Shown piece by piece: positions 38,689 through 52,875 of a DNA stretch of 64,000 nucleotides; the first letter of the stretch is position 1; each line of letters opens with the position of its first letter. The notes under the pieces are model-generated. The model saw only the letters and a program-made list of their open reading frames with translations, searched no databases and was not told the origin of the DNA. The position numbers and the translations under genes are program-made. This DNA comes from Octopus vulgaris (taxonomy: Eukaryota), in NCBI GenBank assembly GCA_951406725.2, contig OX597820.1, positions 63,488,001 to 63,552,000 of the forward strand, written 5' to 3'.

Positions 38689-39983
38689 TAGTTTTATTTT
38701 TATAGCGTGCTTTCACTTCACTACTGAGCGCAGCTCTGTGTGCCTTGGGTATGTGCTGTGATTTGTTGTGATGCTCTGATGGTTATTGTATGGAAAGTGT
38801 TCTGCGTAGGATGCGTGCAGTGCCTAGTAGTGCAATTTTCTGTATGTTATATGTGTTTGTAAGTCCTGGTGTTTTTGTTATGTATTTGTCTGAATATTTT
38901 TTATTATGCCTAATGCACCTACTATGATAGGAATTGTTTCTGTTTTCAGATTCCACATTCTAGTTACCTCTATTTCCAGGTCTTTGTATTTTGAGAGTTT
39001 CTCCATTTCTTTTAGAGACACGTTGTCATCAGCCGGTATTGATACATCAATTAGAAAGCATTTTTTTCTTCATGATCTCTGACAACTATATCTGGTCTGT
39101 TGGCCTTAATTTCTCTATCTGTGTGTATCGGCATATCCCAGAGTATGGTTGCTTTCTCGTTTTCTGTGACCTTTTCTGGTGTGTGCCTATACCATCTTTT
39201 TTCTGTTGTTATTCCATAATGTTGGCATAGCTTCCAATGTATCTAGGTTCCAACTCTGTCATGTCTGTGAACATATTCCTTCTTAGCCAGGACTGGGCAG
39301 CTAGAGATAATATGATTTATTGTTTCTTGTCCATCTCCAAATATTCTGCAGTTACTTGTAATATTTCTTTTCATTACATGTTTTTGGTAATTTCTGGTGG
39401 GGAGGCTTTGGTCTTGTGCTGCAATTAAAAATCCCTCTGTTTCTGCTTTGAGTCCTGAGCTTCTCAACCATTGCTGGGATTTTTCTTTGTCTATTTCTTT
39501 TGCGTTTAGTTTAGTGCAGTATTTACCATGAAGGGGCTTTTCTTGCCATCGTTTTATCATGGTTCGTTGCTGTTCTATTTTTAGTTTGGATTTCATTTGT
39601 TTTATAGCTTTTGTTGTTTCTTCATCATCTTCTTCTTCTTCTTCGTGTTTATTAGGTGGTATGATTTCTTGTTTGTATTTGTCAGCTTCCTTAAATACTG
39701 AGAACAGTTTTTTGTTTTGCTCGTGTTTTACTGCTATCTGGATCAGGTTTCCTTCCTTCTGAAGTAGATATTTTTGCAGTCCTATGGTGGTTATTTTATA
39801 GTAGTTTTCCAGCTGTATAAGGCCTCTACCACCTTCTATACGTTGTATATATAGTCTTTCTATGTCAGATTTTGGGTGATGCATCCTAGATCCTGTCAGT
39901 ATTTTTCTTGTTTTCCTATCTATTTTGGACAGTTCATTTCGTGTCCAGTTAAGGATATTGTAGCTGTAACTTATAACTGTAAC
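38686..39983 (-). mobile_element. R4/Dong-clade non-LTR retrotransposon, 5'-truncated copy 2 (RT thumb, CCHC, REL endonuclease)
   Basis: HHPKSDIERLYIQRIEGGRGL, WQEKPLHGKY, ETEGFLIAAQDQSL, CRIFGDGQETINHIISSC (decayed CCHC), RHD and the PD..D nuclease motif. In-frame stop at 39243. (TAA)n on both sides. Confidence 0.92.
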
Positions 39984-40300
<317 letters not shown>

Positions 40301-40468
40301 AAGGAATTGCTTCTGATTTTAGAATCCACATTCGAGTTACCTCTCCAGGTCTTTTCATTTTGAATGCTTCTCTGTTTCTTTTAGAATAAAAAGATCTGGA
40401 AATAGAGGTAACTCGAATGTGGAGTCTAAAATCAAACAACTACTATCTTAGGAGACGCATTATTATTA

Positions 40469-40548
<80 letters not shown>

Positions 40549-40555
40549 GTTATTA

Positions 40556-40644
<89 letters not shown>

Positions 40645-40647
<3 letters not shown>

Positions 40648-40984
40648 TAGTTTTATTTTTATAGCGTGCTTTCACTTCACTACCGAGCGCAGCTTTGTTT
40701 GCCTTGGGTATGTGCTGTGATTTGTTGTGATGCTCTGATGGTTATTGTATGGAAAGTGTTCTGCGTAGGATGTGTGCAGTGCTTAGTAGTGCAATTTTCT
40801 GTATGTTATATGTGTTTGTAAGTCCTGGTGTTTTTGTTATGTATTTGTCTGAATATTTTTTTATCATGCCTAATGCACCTACTATGATAGGAATTGTTTC
40901 TGTTTTCAGATTCCACATTCTAGTTACCTCTATTTCCAGGTCTTTGTATTTTGAGAGTTTCTCCATTTCTTTTAGAGACACGTT
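40645..40984 (-). mobile_element. R4/Dong-clade copy 3, severely 5'-truncated
   Basis: Near-identical to the 3' ~340 bp of copies 1 and 2, with the same 3' end and (TAA)n flanks. Confidence 0.9.
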
Positions 40985-41035
40985 ATTATTATTATTATTA
41001 TTGTTATTGTTATTATCATTATTATTATTATCGTT

Positions 41036-41066
<31 letters not shown>

Positions 41067-41070
41067 TTGT

Positions 41071-41154
<84 letters not shown>

Positions 41155-41664
41155 TAGTAGTCGTAGCAGCAGTATATTCAAATATCTCGATTGTAGAACA
41201 TTTCTGACGCACTTATCTCATTATCTCTATCATTGTTTCCAGATCTCGTTATTTACGTTGTTAACATTGTGTTTGTTTATTTCTTCATTATTGTGTTTTG
41301 ATTGTTATTGCCATTCTCGTTATAAAGATTATTAAATAGCTTTTTAACATTATTTTAAGATGTATTGTTTTTTTTTTCAAATGAATACTTCAATTCTTAT
41401 TTTTGGTATCCAAAACATTAACACGTACGTAGACATCCACACACACAGACGCTTAGATATGTGTATAGAATGACACACTCTTCCATCCATTTTGACAGAC
41501 ACACACACACATACACACACGTATACACACATACGCACGCACACACATACTCGTATATGTATATATACCGCGATGTTTACGTGAGCTGTTTTTATGTATG
41601 TACGCAAATACATATGTGTGTATATGTTGAAGTACAGATATATTTATATGTATATATGTAAATG

Positions 41665-41718
<54 letters not shown>

Positions 41719-41733
41719 GTATATTATCTCTCA

Positions 41734-41785
<52 letters not shown>

Positions 41786-41912
41786 ATATATATATTTATA
41801 TGTATACGTAAACATATACACATAAACGTATACATACATTTATATATATATTTCGTTTTTGGGCTCCAGCATGGCCGCAGTAAAATGATAGAAACAAATA
41901 ATTTATAAAAGA

Positions 41913-41959
<47 letters not shown>

Positions 41960-42927
41960 TCTGTATACATATATATATATATGTATATATATATAAGTAT
42001 GTATGTATATATATATATTTGTGTGTGTATATATATATATATATAATATATATACATGGATATATATATGTATGTGTGTGCATGTGTGTGAGAGAAAGAT
42101 TGAGAGATTTAGGTTTGATAGACAAATAGTGAGAGAGTGAGATAGAGAGATAGGGGGAGAGAGAGAGAAAGAGAGAAGAGTGAGAGAAAAGAATGGTACG
42201 GGTATAACATCCTAACTTCTTTGTTTCTCCTCTTCCTTTTGAATATTACATCAGCTATTCCCAATGAAATAGCGCTGAAATTTCTAAACGTCTTTCTGCC
42301 AAAAATCTTTGTATCTCTCTTACTATTCTTTAATTCTTGCTTCTCCCTACAACCTTCTCTCTTTCTTTCTCCCGTCCAAACACTTCTGTTGCTTTCTTGT
42401 TTTCCTGTCTTTTTCAGTTCAACTCCTCATTTTTTCCTTCCAATTTCTTAACCTTTTATTGAATTTATAGATATCGCCATTTTGTCATCATATTTCTCTC
42501 TCACTTACAAATGTTCAACTCATATAATCATCTTTCTCTCTTACTAAATTGTTTTTTCATACCTTCTTTTTTCTCTCTCCCTCTCTCTTTCTCTTCCTCT
42601 CTGCCCCTTCTTTGTATACACACACACACACACGCGCGCGCACACGCATACACATAGACACACACATATTCATATATATACATTTATATACAAAGGGCTT
42701 CTTTCAGTTTCCGTCAAACAAATCCACTCACAATTGTTTGGTAGGCCCAATGTTATAGCAGCACACTTGCCCAAGGTGCCACGCAGAAGGATTGAGCCCC
42801 GAACCATGTGGTTGGGAAGCAAGCTATTTACCACAGAGCCACTCTTGCGCACATATACATGTGTATGTGTGTGTGTATATATATATATATATATGTATGT
42901 ATTATGTATATGTGGGTGCGTGTATGT

Positions 42928-42984
<57 letters not shown>

Positions 42985-43084
42985 TCTGTGTGTATACTAT
43001 GATGTATATATATATAGATATATATATATATACAATTACATGTGTCTATCTCACTACCTCTCTCTCTATCTACCTATCAGTCTA

Positions 43085-43127
<43 letters not shown>

Positions 43128-44020
43128 CTATCTATTAATCAATCAATCAATCAATCTATCTATCTATCTGTATATCTATCTCAGCACCACCAACCATCCT
43201 CACCTTTACCACTCTCTTCCCCTGTTTTATCTCTTTTGCCTTTATCTACTTTCGGTATTGCTGTCTCTGTTTCCTTCTGTATTTCTCGTCTATTTCTGTT
43301 TCTTTTTTATTCCTCTCTCTCCTGGGCTCTCTCTCCCTTTTTCTCTCTCTATTTCTTTCTTTCCCCAGAATCTCTCACTCTCTCTCTACCTCGTTTCGCT
43401 GTCTCCCGTTGAATGTTGCTCTCACCCCCTTTCACTGAATTCTTTTCTTTCTCTACCTCTATTTGTAATTGTTTTTACCTCACACTGATTCTCTCTCACC
43501 CTTTTTCTCCGCTATTCGCCCTCTCTATCCCTGTCTCTCTTTCTCCCTCTTTTCTTCTCTCACCGAATCTGCCTCACTCCAATTCTCCCCCTCTCTCTCT
43601 CTTTGTCTTTCTTACTCAGCCTCTTTTAATATTTCCCCCTCTCTTTTTCTCTGTCTAATTCTCTTTCTCACACTCTCTCTCTCTCTGCATCTCTCGCTCT
43701 CAGCCTGTATGTCTGTTTGTCTCTCTCTCTCTCTCTCTCTTTCTCTTCCTCTCCCTAACACTCTCTCACATTCTTATCATTACAACTATTTCAATTGATT
43801 TTTCTCATTAATTCTTAAATATTTCTTCAGATTGTTCTTTCCTAAATATAATTTTACTTTTCTTTTTTTACACTTCACTAAATTTGTTATTTTATTTTTC
43901 TAGAATATATCTTTATTATTCAGTTTGTTTATTTACTTATTGGTATCATTATCATCGCTTTCATTATTGTTGTCGTCGTCGTCGCCAGCGATATCATCAT
44001 CATCGTCGTCGTCGTCGTCG

Positions 44021-44060
<40 letters not shown>

Positions 44061-44653
44061 TAGTGTTGCATTTATTATTATCATTAGAGTTAATAGTATA
44101 TTGCTCTTTCTTTTTGTTACTTTAGTATTGTTTCCGTGGTGATAAATATTGTAGCTGCTTCTATTATTTTATTACCATTTTTTAAAAATACATTTATCTA
44201 TTATTATTATTATCATCATCATCATCATCATCATCTTCGTCGTCGACCTTTTCACCAGCATAATCATCATCATCATCATCATCATAATCATCATCAAGAT
44301 CATCATCGTCGTCGTCGTCATTTTTATCACTTTCATTCACACATTTCATTTTTACTTCGCAAATCGCATCATGATGGTGTTAATAAGAAATCTCTTTTTT
44401 TTCCGCTAATGTCCCATCTCACCTTGTAAACTCCATAGAATTAAATTTGTTCCAGTTGGCTGTATTGTGAAGTACCTCATTTGATTATGGTTTCTTTAAA
44501 ATTTTTTAATATTAGTTTTACACTTCGGGTTTATTTGTTTATATATTTATTTGGCATACATTTATTTTAGCATCTCATCTGCGAACTTCCTTTCCGATTC
44601 TAAAACATACGCATAAACAGACAGACAGAGAAAAATACACACACGTATATATA

Positions 44654-44727
<74 letters not shown>

Positions 44728-44930
44728 TATATATATATATATATATATATATGCATGTATATATATAATATATATGTATATATGTATAAATGTGTGTGTT
44801 TACGTGTGTGCGTAACATGAACTGTATGTGTAAGATTGTATTTTTATATATATATATAAATATATGTATATATATATATATATAGATGTTTATGCATACA
44901 TATATACTTGCATATGTATGTATATATATG

Positions 44931-44971
<41 letters not shown>

Positions 44972-45020
44972 TATTTATGCATATATATATATTTACATAT
45001 ATATGTATATATATATATAA

Positions 45021-45084
<64 letters not shown>

Positions 45085-45671
45085 TCCTTCGAAATCAGTG
45101 TTATTATTTCTTATTCGTTTATTTCTTTGTGTGTGTTGACTCTTTTCGTAAAATACTCCATGTACCACCCACCAACATTTTTTCTTCGTTCTGGCAATAA
45201 TACAACTGCCGATAACTTCTTGTATTTCGGATGTGCAACCATTCACAACATTCGTACTTCGTTACTTGCTTCGCATTAAAAAAAATTAACGCATTAATGC
45301 TTGAGGTGTACATGTATTTTGTGGTTTGTAATTGTGCTTGAATTCTTTGAAAAATAGATTATAATACCCTTTCGCTTCACCTTTTTCTTCATGTTTGACG
45401 AATTGTTTTATATCAAGCCATTTGGATTTTTTATTTCCTTTTTTCCTTCTATTTCCGGTTAGCCATATGCAAAATTATGTATTCAGCCTTTCTAACGTTT
45501 TATTGAACCTCATTTTAATAACTTTACACCGAACCCGTCATTTTAGATATATGTAGGACTTTATTTCAGTTAACTTAACTGCAACACAAGCAAAGATAAT
45601 CTTATCTACTCTAACATTATCTTGTGATAGCCTCTACGTTCATTTCCTCTTAATATATATTGTATATTAGT

Positions 45672-45945
45672 GGAGGCACAATGGCCCAGTGGTTAGGGCA
45701 GCGGACTCGCGGTCGTAGGATCGCGGTTTTGATTCCCAGACCGGGTTTTGTGAGTATTTGTTGAGCGAAAACACGTAAAGATCCACAGGGCTCCTACAGG
45801 GGTTGGTTGTGAACCCTGCTGTGTTCTTTCACCACATCTCTCTCTTTGAAAGCCGATGAAATAAGTACCAGTTGAACACTGGGGTCGATGTAATTAGCTT
45901 ACTCCTTCCCCGCAACTGCAGGACTTGTGACAAACTTTGAAAGTA
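45672..45945 (+). mobile_element. tRNA-derived SINE (possibly chimeric)
   Basis: GGAGGCACAATGGCCCAGTGGTTAGGGCAGCGGACTCGCGG..GGTTTTGATTCCC head, with a family A-like 3' part. Confidence 0.75.
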
Positions 45946-46384
45946 TTATATATCTCTTTATGTAGTTTTGTCACTATCTCACTTTTCATATATATAGTAA
46001 CCATATGCCTCGGTACGACTTATTGTATGCAATACCAAGTAGGGATGGGTTCAATTAATCAAACAAGTAAATATTTATTGTTAAGGCTCAAGTAACAGTT
46101 GTCACACCAATGTACAATTGAGGTGAATGAAAGACAAAGCTACCATATCAAACTGATAATAATGATTTCAAATTATGGAACCAGGCCAGGATGTTGTTTT
46201 AGTGAGGGTTTATTCGTCTATATTGTCTTCAATACTTAAGTAGGACAAAATTTTTCGGCCTTAAAGAATGGGAGTTATCGACGATATTGTTGGGATTTGA
46301 ATTCAGTACGGAGAGAGCCGTAAGAAATGCTGCTAAGAATTTCGTCCAGCGTGCTAACGAGTCTGCCAGCTCTCCGCTTTAATG

Positions 46385-46514
<130 letters not shown>

Positions 46515-46544
46515 TAATAATAATAATAACAATAACAATAATCC

Positions 46545-47305
46545 CATCCGATCTGCCACAATCCAACTAGCAGCCGTGATGACGGATAGAAGAGGAAATA
46601 AACAACCTTGGTGGAAAAGGAGAATTTCACAAGATATAAACTCCTTGAACAGTTTTGTGTCAACACTTGTGAGGAAAAGAAATTGAAAACTTAAGAATGA
46701 GTGCAAATTCGAAAAATGTTAGGAAGAAGTATGGTGCAGATACAAAAAGCCTGAATGTTGTAACTAGAGAAGTGAAGTAGTGCTGACTTGGAAAAAAAGC
46801 AAAGCTAACTAGGTTTGAACAACGGGTTAAGCACATTCGGCAAAACAAATTGTTTAGAGCCAACCAAAAAAGAGTTTATCAAGAGATTATGATGATAAAA
46901 TACGTGCAATATTAATCCCTGATGCTGATGAAAGTTGAATTTACTGTGGTAAGATGTGGAGTAAGCAAGAACGGCATAATACTACAGCTGAATGGCTCTG
47001 CAGACTGACGCAAACAGTTTGTTATCTCCAGCAAGAGTCTATCTATTTCACAGAAAACTGTATCAGAAATATGAGTAAAAAAGACAAAAACATGGAAAGC
47101 AGCAGAACCTGATGCGGTACAGGAATTTTGTACAGGAAGACGAAATCACGGCCTGGGGATTTGAGTAAAGGACGACCGCTGGTGTTTCTGAAGCATACAA
47201 CAAATGGAAAAGCTGCTTACAAATACAGGCCGATTTCTTGCTTCCAATTTATATGGAAGTTACTGTCAGAAGGAATAGAAGAAGAGCTGTACTAATTTCT
47301 TAAAG

Positions 47306-47307
<2 letters not shown>
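46545..47307 (+). mobile_element. Old R4/Dong-like LINE fragment (N-terminal region to start of RT)
   Basis: QPWWKRRI, RQNKLFRANQKRVY, HNTTAEWL, WKAAEPDAVQEF and YRPISCFQFIWKLL, with stops and frameshifts. Starts at a (TAA)n tract. Confidence 0.8.
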
Positions 47308-47337
<30 letters not shown>

Positions 47338-47377
47338 AAGAAGAAGAAGAAGAAGAAGAAGAAGAAGAAGAAGAAGG

Positions 47378-47448
<71 letters not shown>

Positions 47449-47504
47449 AAGAAGAAGAAGGAGGAGAAGAAGAAGAAGAAGAAGAAGGAGGAGAAGAAGA
47501 AGGA

Positions 47505-47584
<80 letters not shown>

Positions 47585-47590
47585 AGAAGG

Positions 47591-47661
<71 letters not shown>

Positions 47662-47723
47662 AAGAAGAAGGAGGAGAAGAAGAAGAAGAAGAAGAAGAAG
47701 GAGGAGAAGAAGAAGGAGAAGAA

Positions 47724-47782
<59 letters not shown>

Positions 47783-47810
47783 AGAAGGATAATAATAATA
47801 ATAATAATAA

Positions 47811-47841
<31 letters not shown>

Positions 47842-48020
47842 AAGAAGAAGAAGAAGAAGAAGAAGAAGAAGGAGGAGGAGAAGAAGAAGAAGAAGAAGAA
47901 GAAGGAGAAGAAGAAGAAGAAGAAGAAGAAGAAGAAGGAGGAGAAGAAGAAGAAGAAGAAGAAGAAGAAGAAGAAGAAGAAGAAGAAGAAGAAGAAGAAG
48001 AAGAAGAAGAAGAAGAAGAA
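47308..48020. repeat. About 710-bp (GAA)n/(GAG)/(TAA)n compound microsatellite
   Basis: Direct reading. Three GGA-(TAA)n interruptions. Confidence 0.95.
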
Positions 48021-48156
48021 AGAAAAAGTTGTTCAGAATGCTGGATGGTTGTAAAAATATATATTTATTTACATATCACATATTATTTACATATTTGATA
48101 TGTAAATAAATATATATTTTTACAACCATCCAGCATTCTGAACATCTTTTTCTTTC
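48018..48156. repeat. Short fold-back (about 60-bp arms)
   Basis: GTTCAGAATGCTGGATGGTTGTAAAAATATATATTTATTTACATATCA is followed by its reverse complement. Confidence 0.9.
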
Positions 48157-48511
48157 ATATGTATTAAATCTGTACATCACCCCTAATACTTCTAGCATGT
48201 ATATACATACATACACGCACACGCACACACATACACACACACATACATACACACACACACACATACACACACACACATATATGTGTGTATTTATGTGCAT
48301 GTGTCAGTGTGGGGGGGGCGTGCGGGTCTGATTGCCATTTTCATTTTTTCTCTCGAGAAGTACTTTTCAAACCAATATTTACATTCCGTTATTTATGAAT
48401 TTATTTGAACTTCATGATATATGTGTGTGTGTGTGTGTGTTTGTGTGTGTGCGCGTGCGCGTGTATATAGATAGATACATGCATACATACATAATACACA
48501 CACACACATGC

Positions 48512-48551
<40 letters not shown>

Positions 48552-48552
<1 letters not shown>

Positions 48553-48765
48553 ACCTCGTGAGTACCATCGGCGATTTTTTTTCCTCTGTCTTCCCTTCTC
48601 GGGATCTTTCCTTCTCCTATGTTTCCGACGAAGAGCTCCGTTCGAAACGTTACACCCTCCTTCTTCCCTTATTTCCTGAGCGTCCAATAATACTTTATTT
48701 GTTCCACGTCCTCGTGTTGTTGTGTTTTTTGTTTTTTTGTGTTTTCTTGTTTGGATTAACTATAT
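48552..48765 (+). mobile_element. Family P1 element with minimal HHR (48621-48655, CCGACGA core)
   Basis: Homologous to 17805-17995. GUUU-CCGACGA-A-GAGC UCC GUUC-GAAAC GUU ACAC, with an imperfect stem I. Confidence 0.75.
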
Positions 48766-48889
48766 ATATATATATATATACCTAGATCTCTAGAGAAGCA
48801 CATCTTCAGTTATATATGTAAATGAAATTAAGGGAATGTTTCTAAATAAAGAAATACATAAATAGAAATAATACATGAATAGGTACCAA

Positions 48890-49641
48890 CATGTTTCCCT
48901 ACTAGTTATGTTTAATAAAAAAATAAGTTAATTGCTAAAATTTAATATCATAACCTTTGAAATATTCACCTTGCGCAGCAATACACTGGTCCTAGCGTTC
49001 CTGCCACTTTTGGAATCTAGACTGGAAGTCGTTGCGATTCCTTCTTGATCTCAACAACGGTCTTTCAACGGTGACCTTTGAGCTGCATTTTCATCTTGGG
49101 GAAGAGCTGGAAGTCCGCAAGTGCTGAATTTTGCGAATAGGGCCGGTGTAGAGGTGCTGCCATGTGTTTGGCGACGCACTCACAAATGAGGAGAGCCCGG
49201 ATCCAATTTTCATCCCTTAAACGCTCGAAAATGTCGCAGTAGAACTCTCAAACGGTGGTGTGGCCCTGGGGGATGAATTCTCTGTGCACAATACCACATT
49301 TCCAGTGATCACTTTCGTGGTAGGCTTTCCAGATCGCTCATCGTCTTGCAGGGACGTTTTTCCGCTCTTGACGTACTTGTGCCACTCGTAACATTGCGTA
49401 TGACTCATTGCTCCAACAGCGTAAGCTTGCCGAAATATATTAAATGACTCTATATTTGACTTCCAAAGTTTGACGTAAAATTTCACGTTGGCTGTTTGTT
49501 CCTGCCCATGACAATATCGCAGACTATAGCATATACTTGATTACGAAAACGCATAAAGCTCTCACAGCGCATGCAACCATATGCCGTTATCTGTTGGCGC
49601 GCCACATATGTTGTCCGGGAACTTTTTGATACCACCTCGTA
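48890..49641 (-). mobile_element. Internally deleted mariner transposon
   Basis: 5' TIR TACGAGGTGGTATCAAAAAGTTCCCGGA. Peptides VKFYVKLWKS..QCYEWH..DDERSGKP, VHREFIPQG, PYSQNSALADFQLFPKMK and FQKWQER..QGEYF. Confidence 0.9.
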
Positions 49642-49965
49642 AATACATATTTAGAATAAGGAAAAGTGCGTCGTTTCTTAGATAGAGTGATAATGTGAAA
49701 AGGTTTATCTCCACGAATTGTACTTCAATGAAAAAGATGGCCGTATTAAAACAGTGATGTTTGCATAAACATGTTAAAATGAATTAAGTGTTTGTAAATG
49801 CAAGAATATAAAACGTTAACGAGAAATTATTGATGCGGGTTTTAAACATGCATGTGCCTTGTAAAATCTCTTAAAATGCAGTGAGTACAGCAAGGATTAT
49901 TACACATTTTATAGAATATTCGGATACGTTGTAGCTGGTTGGTGTTTGTGCATGTATGTATTTAT

Positions 49966-50063
49966 GGTCGCCTGATGAGGTGAACAAGTTAGCTGGGGAC
50001 CAACAGCAAAGAGAGGACATAGCAAACACATAATGAGAAAGACCGCAAAAAGACGTTGCGATT
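49966..50063 (+). ncRNA. Decayed type I hammerhead-like motif
   Basis: GGUCGC-CUGAUGA-GGU...ACC-GCAAAAAGAC GUU^GCGAUU. Stems I and II are recognisable; GAAA and stem III are damaged. Confidence 0.35.
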
Positions 50064-50199
50064 AAATGATAACACTAAATCTGTAACTGACAGCAGGCGT
50101 GTAACATGTTTCAAACTTCTTAAAATTCTTAACAAAATCATCTAGTACGTAACGTGTAGCTTCATAAAATTAATTTCCGTTGATTATATCATGAAGTGT

Positions 50200-50950
50200 C
50201 TAGCTATAATTTAAAATGACAAGAATAAAGGGGATTTGTCAGAATATTGAACCATTAAAACAGGCAAAGCTATTGATGCCAGCATATCCAGTTTCAATAA
50301 TCAAGTAATCTATATCGTAGTTGAAGATACCTATATCATTCACAGTCTTGTTGTACCGCTTTTATCTTCACGTATATGAAAAGGTGTTTTGTTTGCATCA
50401 GTACATAAAATCATTCTCTGAGAGGCTAATCAGCATTTTGTAATTTTGAAGATAGTACTGTAATCTGCACTGCAGTAGATACAGCTCTTTTGAAGATATC
50501 TGCTGTTTAGATATCGTGAGCTGTGAATAAAACAACTATATTGTATTGATGAATCTTGTACTATAGAATTTTCTAATTTCCTTTTATTAATCCAAAGTAG
50601 TGAAGAGAGCAAGTTGTCCGTGGAAGTGAAACTTTGATGGTATCTGTATTGACAATATGATATCTTTTGATGAAAGTCCCGCAAAGAAATGATTTGTAAA
50701 TGAATTCAGAAAGGAAAGAGCAACAAACATTGAAAGTAAAACCTGGGCTGTACCATATCGCCTTCCTTGAATTTGAAATTTTATGTTTGAATATGTACTG
50801 TTTGTTATCGACGAAGTAGCTTCTCTTTAAAATCTCATTATGAAATTTTGATGAACAGATTAAACATATATTTATCAAAACGATTAAATGCCTGTTTAAC
50901 CAATATTTGAAGGCAAATCCTTCTGAGAATGGATTTACTGTGACTACAGC
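50200..50950 (-). mobile_element. Penelope-like element remnant (RT thumb/linker)
   Basis: FHNEILKRS, RKAIWYSPGFTFNV (cf. RNIIWFNPPFS.NV), HIVNTDTIKVS and a Cys-rich linker. Confidence 0.65.
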
Positions 50951-52270
50951 GTTAATATTTAAGGAGTTTTCTATGAGGATTATATGTGCCTAGAACTATG
51001 ATTTTAGCCAATCTAGTGATGATTCTCGAAGTAATATTAGTTTCAAATTTTGGTGCAAGGAGGACATGTTCGCGTGAAAGTGTAAGTCGATTACCCTCGT
51101 GCTCAACTGGTACTTATTTGATCGAGCCTGAAAGGACGAAGGCGAAGTCGACCTCGGCAGAACTTCAGAAAATAAAAACGGAAGAAATGCCGCTAAGCAT
51201 TTTTACCTGCTGTGCTAACGATTCTGCCATCTCGCCACCTTGGTGCTTACAACAATACTAGTTTTAAATTGTGGTATAATGCCAGCAATTTCGGAGTGGG
51301 TGGATAAGTCTATTGCATCGACCCCGGTGTTTAACAGAAATTATAGTTTATGAACCCGAAAGGATAGCGGTGTTTGAATACGGAACGTAAAGACGGACGA
51401 AATGCGCCTAAGCAAGCTCGCCGTCCAGGTGCTTTCAGTAATATTAACATCAAAATGTTTAACATTGACAATTAGAGACTCCGTATTCATATCAACTATT
51501 CACATCTTTAATTCAGTAAGTTCATTGTCTCTATATTCTGTTTTACATGCTTCAGTCATTCGACAGTGGCAATGCTGGAGCACCATTTTTAGTCGAACAA
51601 ATCGGGTCCCTTTTGCCGAACTGCTGAGTTTCGGGGCAATAAACACGACAACACGGTCGTCAAGCGATGGCTGGGGGGAGGATAAACACAGACACAAAGA
51701 CAAACACACCCAACCACACACATATATATTTATTTACACGAAAGGTTTTTTTTTCAGTTTCCGTCTACCAGATCTACTCACAAGTCTTCGATCGACCCTA
51801 AGCTATAGTCGAAGACACTTGCCCAAGGTACCACGCTGTGGGACTGAATCCTGAACCATGTGGTTGGGAATCAAGTTTCGTACCATACACCGACGCGTAA
51901 TTCTATAAAAACAAATTAATATTTTCAAGTTTCAAAAAGATATGATATTCGATATCATCGAAGCAGCCCACAGGGTCATTTAAAATTGTTCATGACTCGG
52001 CGCTGGAATGAATCACTACATGAAGGAAGACCTTTTCTTTATGTATATTAACATATGTGCCTAAATATTTTATGGCAGTATAAGAACAATGGAAATTTAA
52101 GGTATTCATTAAAAGGGGTGGATTGGGCAAAACATGGATCAAATATCGAATTGTAAAACTGGAAGAATTAAGAGTTTAAATCAATGTAGCGTGCGTAATA
52201 ACTTTTATAGTAAAACATTTTAGACCACCCAGTGGTGAAATTTAAGACTTCCATTAAAAAAGGGTTCAGT

Positions 52271-52875
52271 ATCTTTACCTTTTGACCGACAGATTTAAAA
52301 AATAATTTTTTGTAACTAAACACTTTCAAGCTGCCGGCACTCGTAGAATGTGTCATATAAAATATCTTTTACTCTTAGCGTTTTTGAGAAAAGCTTATAT
52401 TTAGGAAGTTATTTCACGTTAAAATTATAGTATTTCGGTAAATTCAACCAATCATTGACGTGTATTCAGCTGAATAAAATTACTGCCGTTGTTTGTTAAC
52501 AATAACTATCGGCGGTGTATTTTTCGTTTGTCACTGTTATTTATGACATTGTTCGTGCGCTTGTACTGGTTTTAGGGTTAGGGTTAGGATTTTAGAGTTA
52601 GGGTTGTCATAAATAACGGTGACAAACGAAATATACACCGTCGGAAGTTGACAAACAACAGCAGCAATTTTATTCAGCTGAATACACGTCACTGATTGGT
52701 TGAAATTACCGAAATACTACAACTTTAACGTGAAATTATTTCCTACATATAAGTTTTCTCAAATACTCTAAGAGAAATAGATATTTTATATGACACATTC
52801 TACTAGTGTCCGAAGTTTAAAAGTGTTTAATTAAAGAAAACTATTTTTTAAATCGGTCGGTCAAAAGGTAAAGAT
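52271..52875. mobile_element. Fold-back MITE with about 280-bp inverted arms and a central (TTAGGG)n tract
   Basis: ATCTTTACCTTTTGACCGAC.. mirrors ..GTCGGTCAAAAGGTAAAGAT. TTAGGG-like units lie at 52572-52603. Confidence 0.85.

Noticed and set aside
52572-52603. True telomere or chromosome-fusion site
   Set aside because: Only about five imperfect units on one strand, inside a fold-back element.
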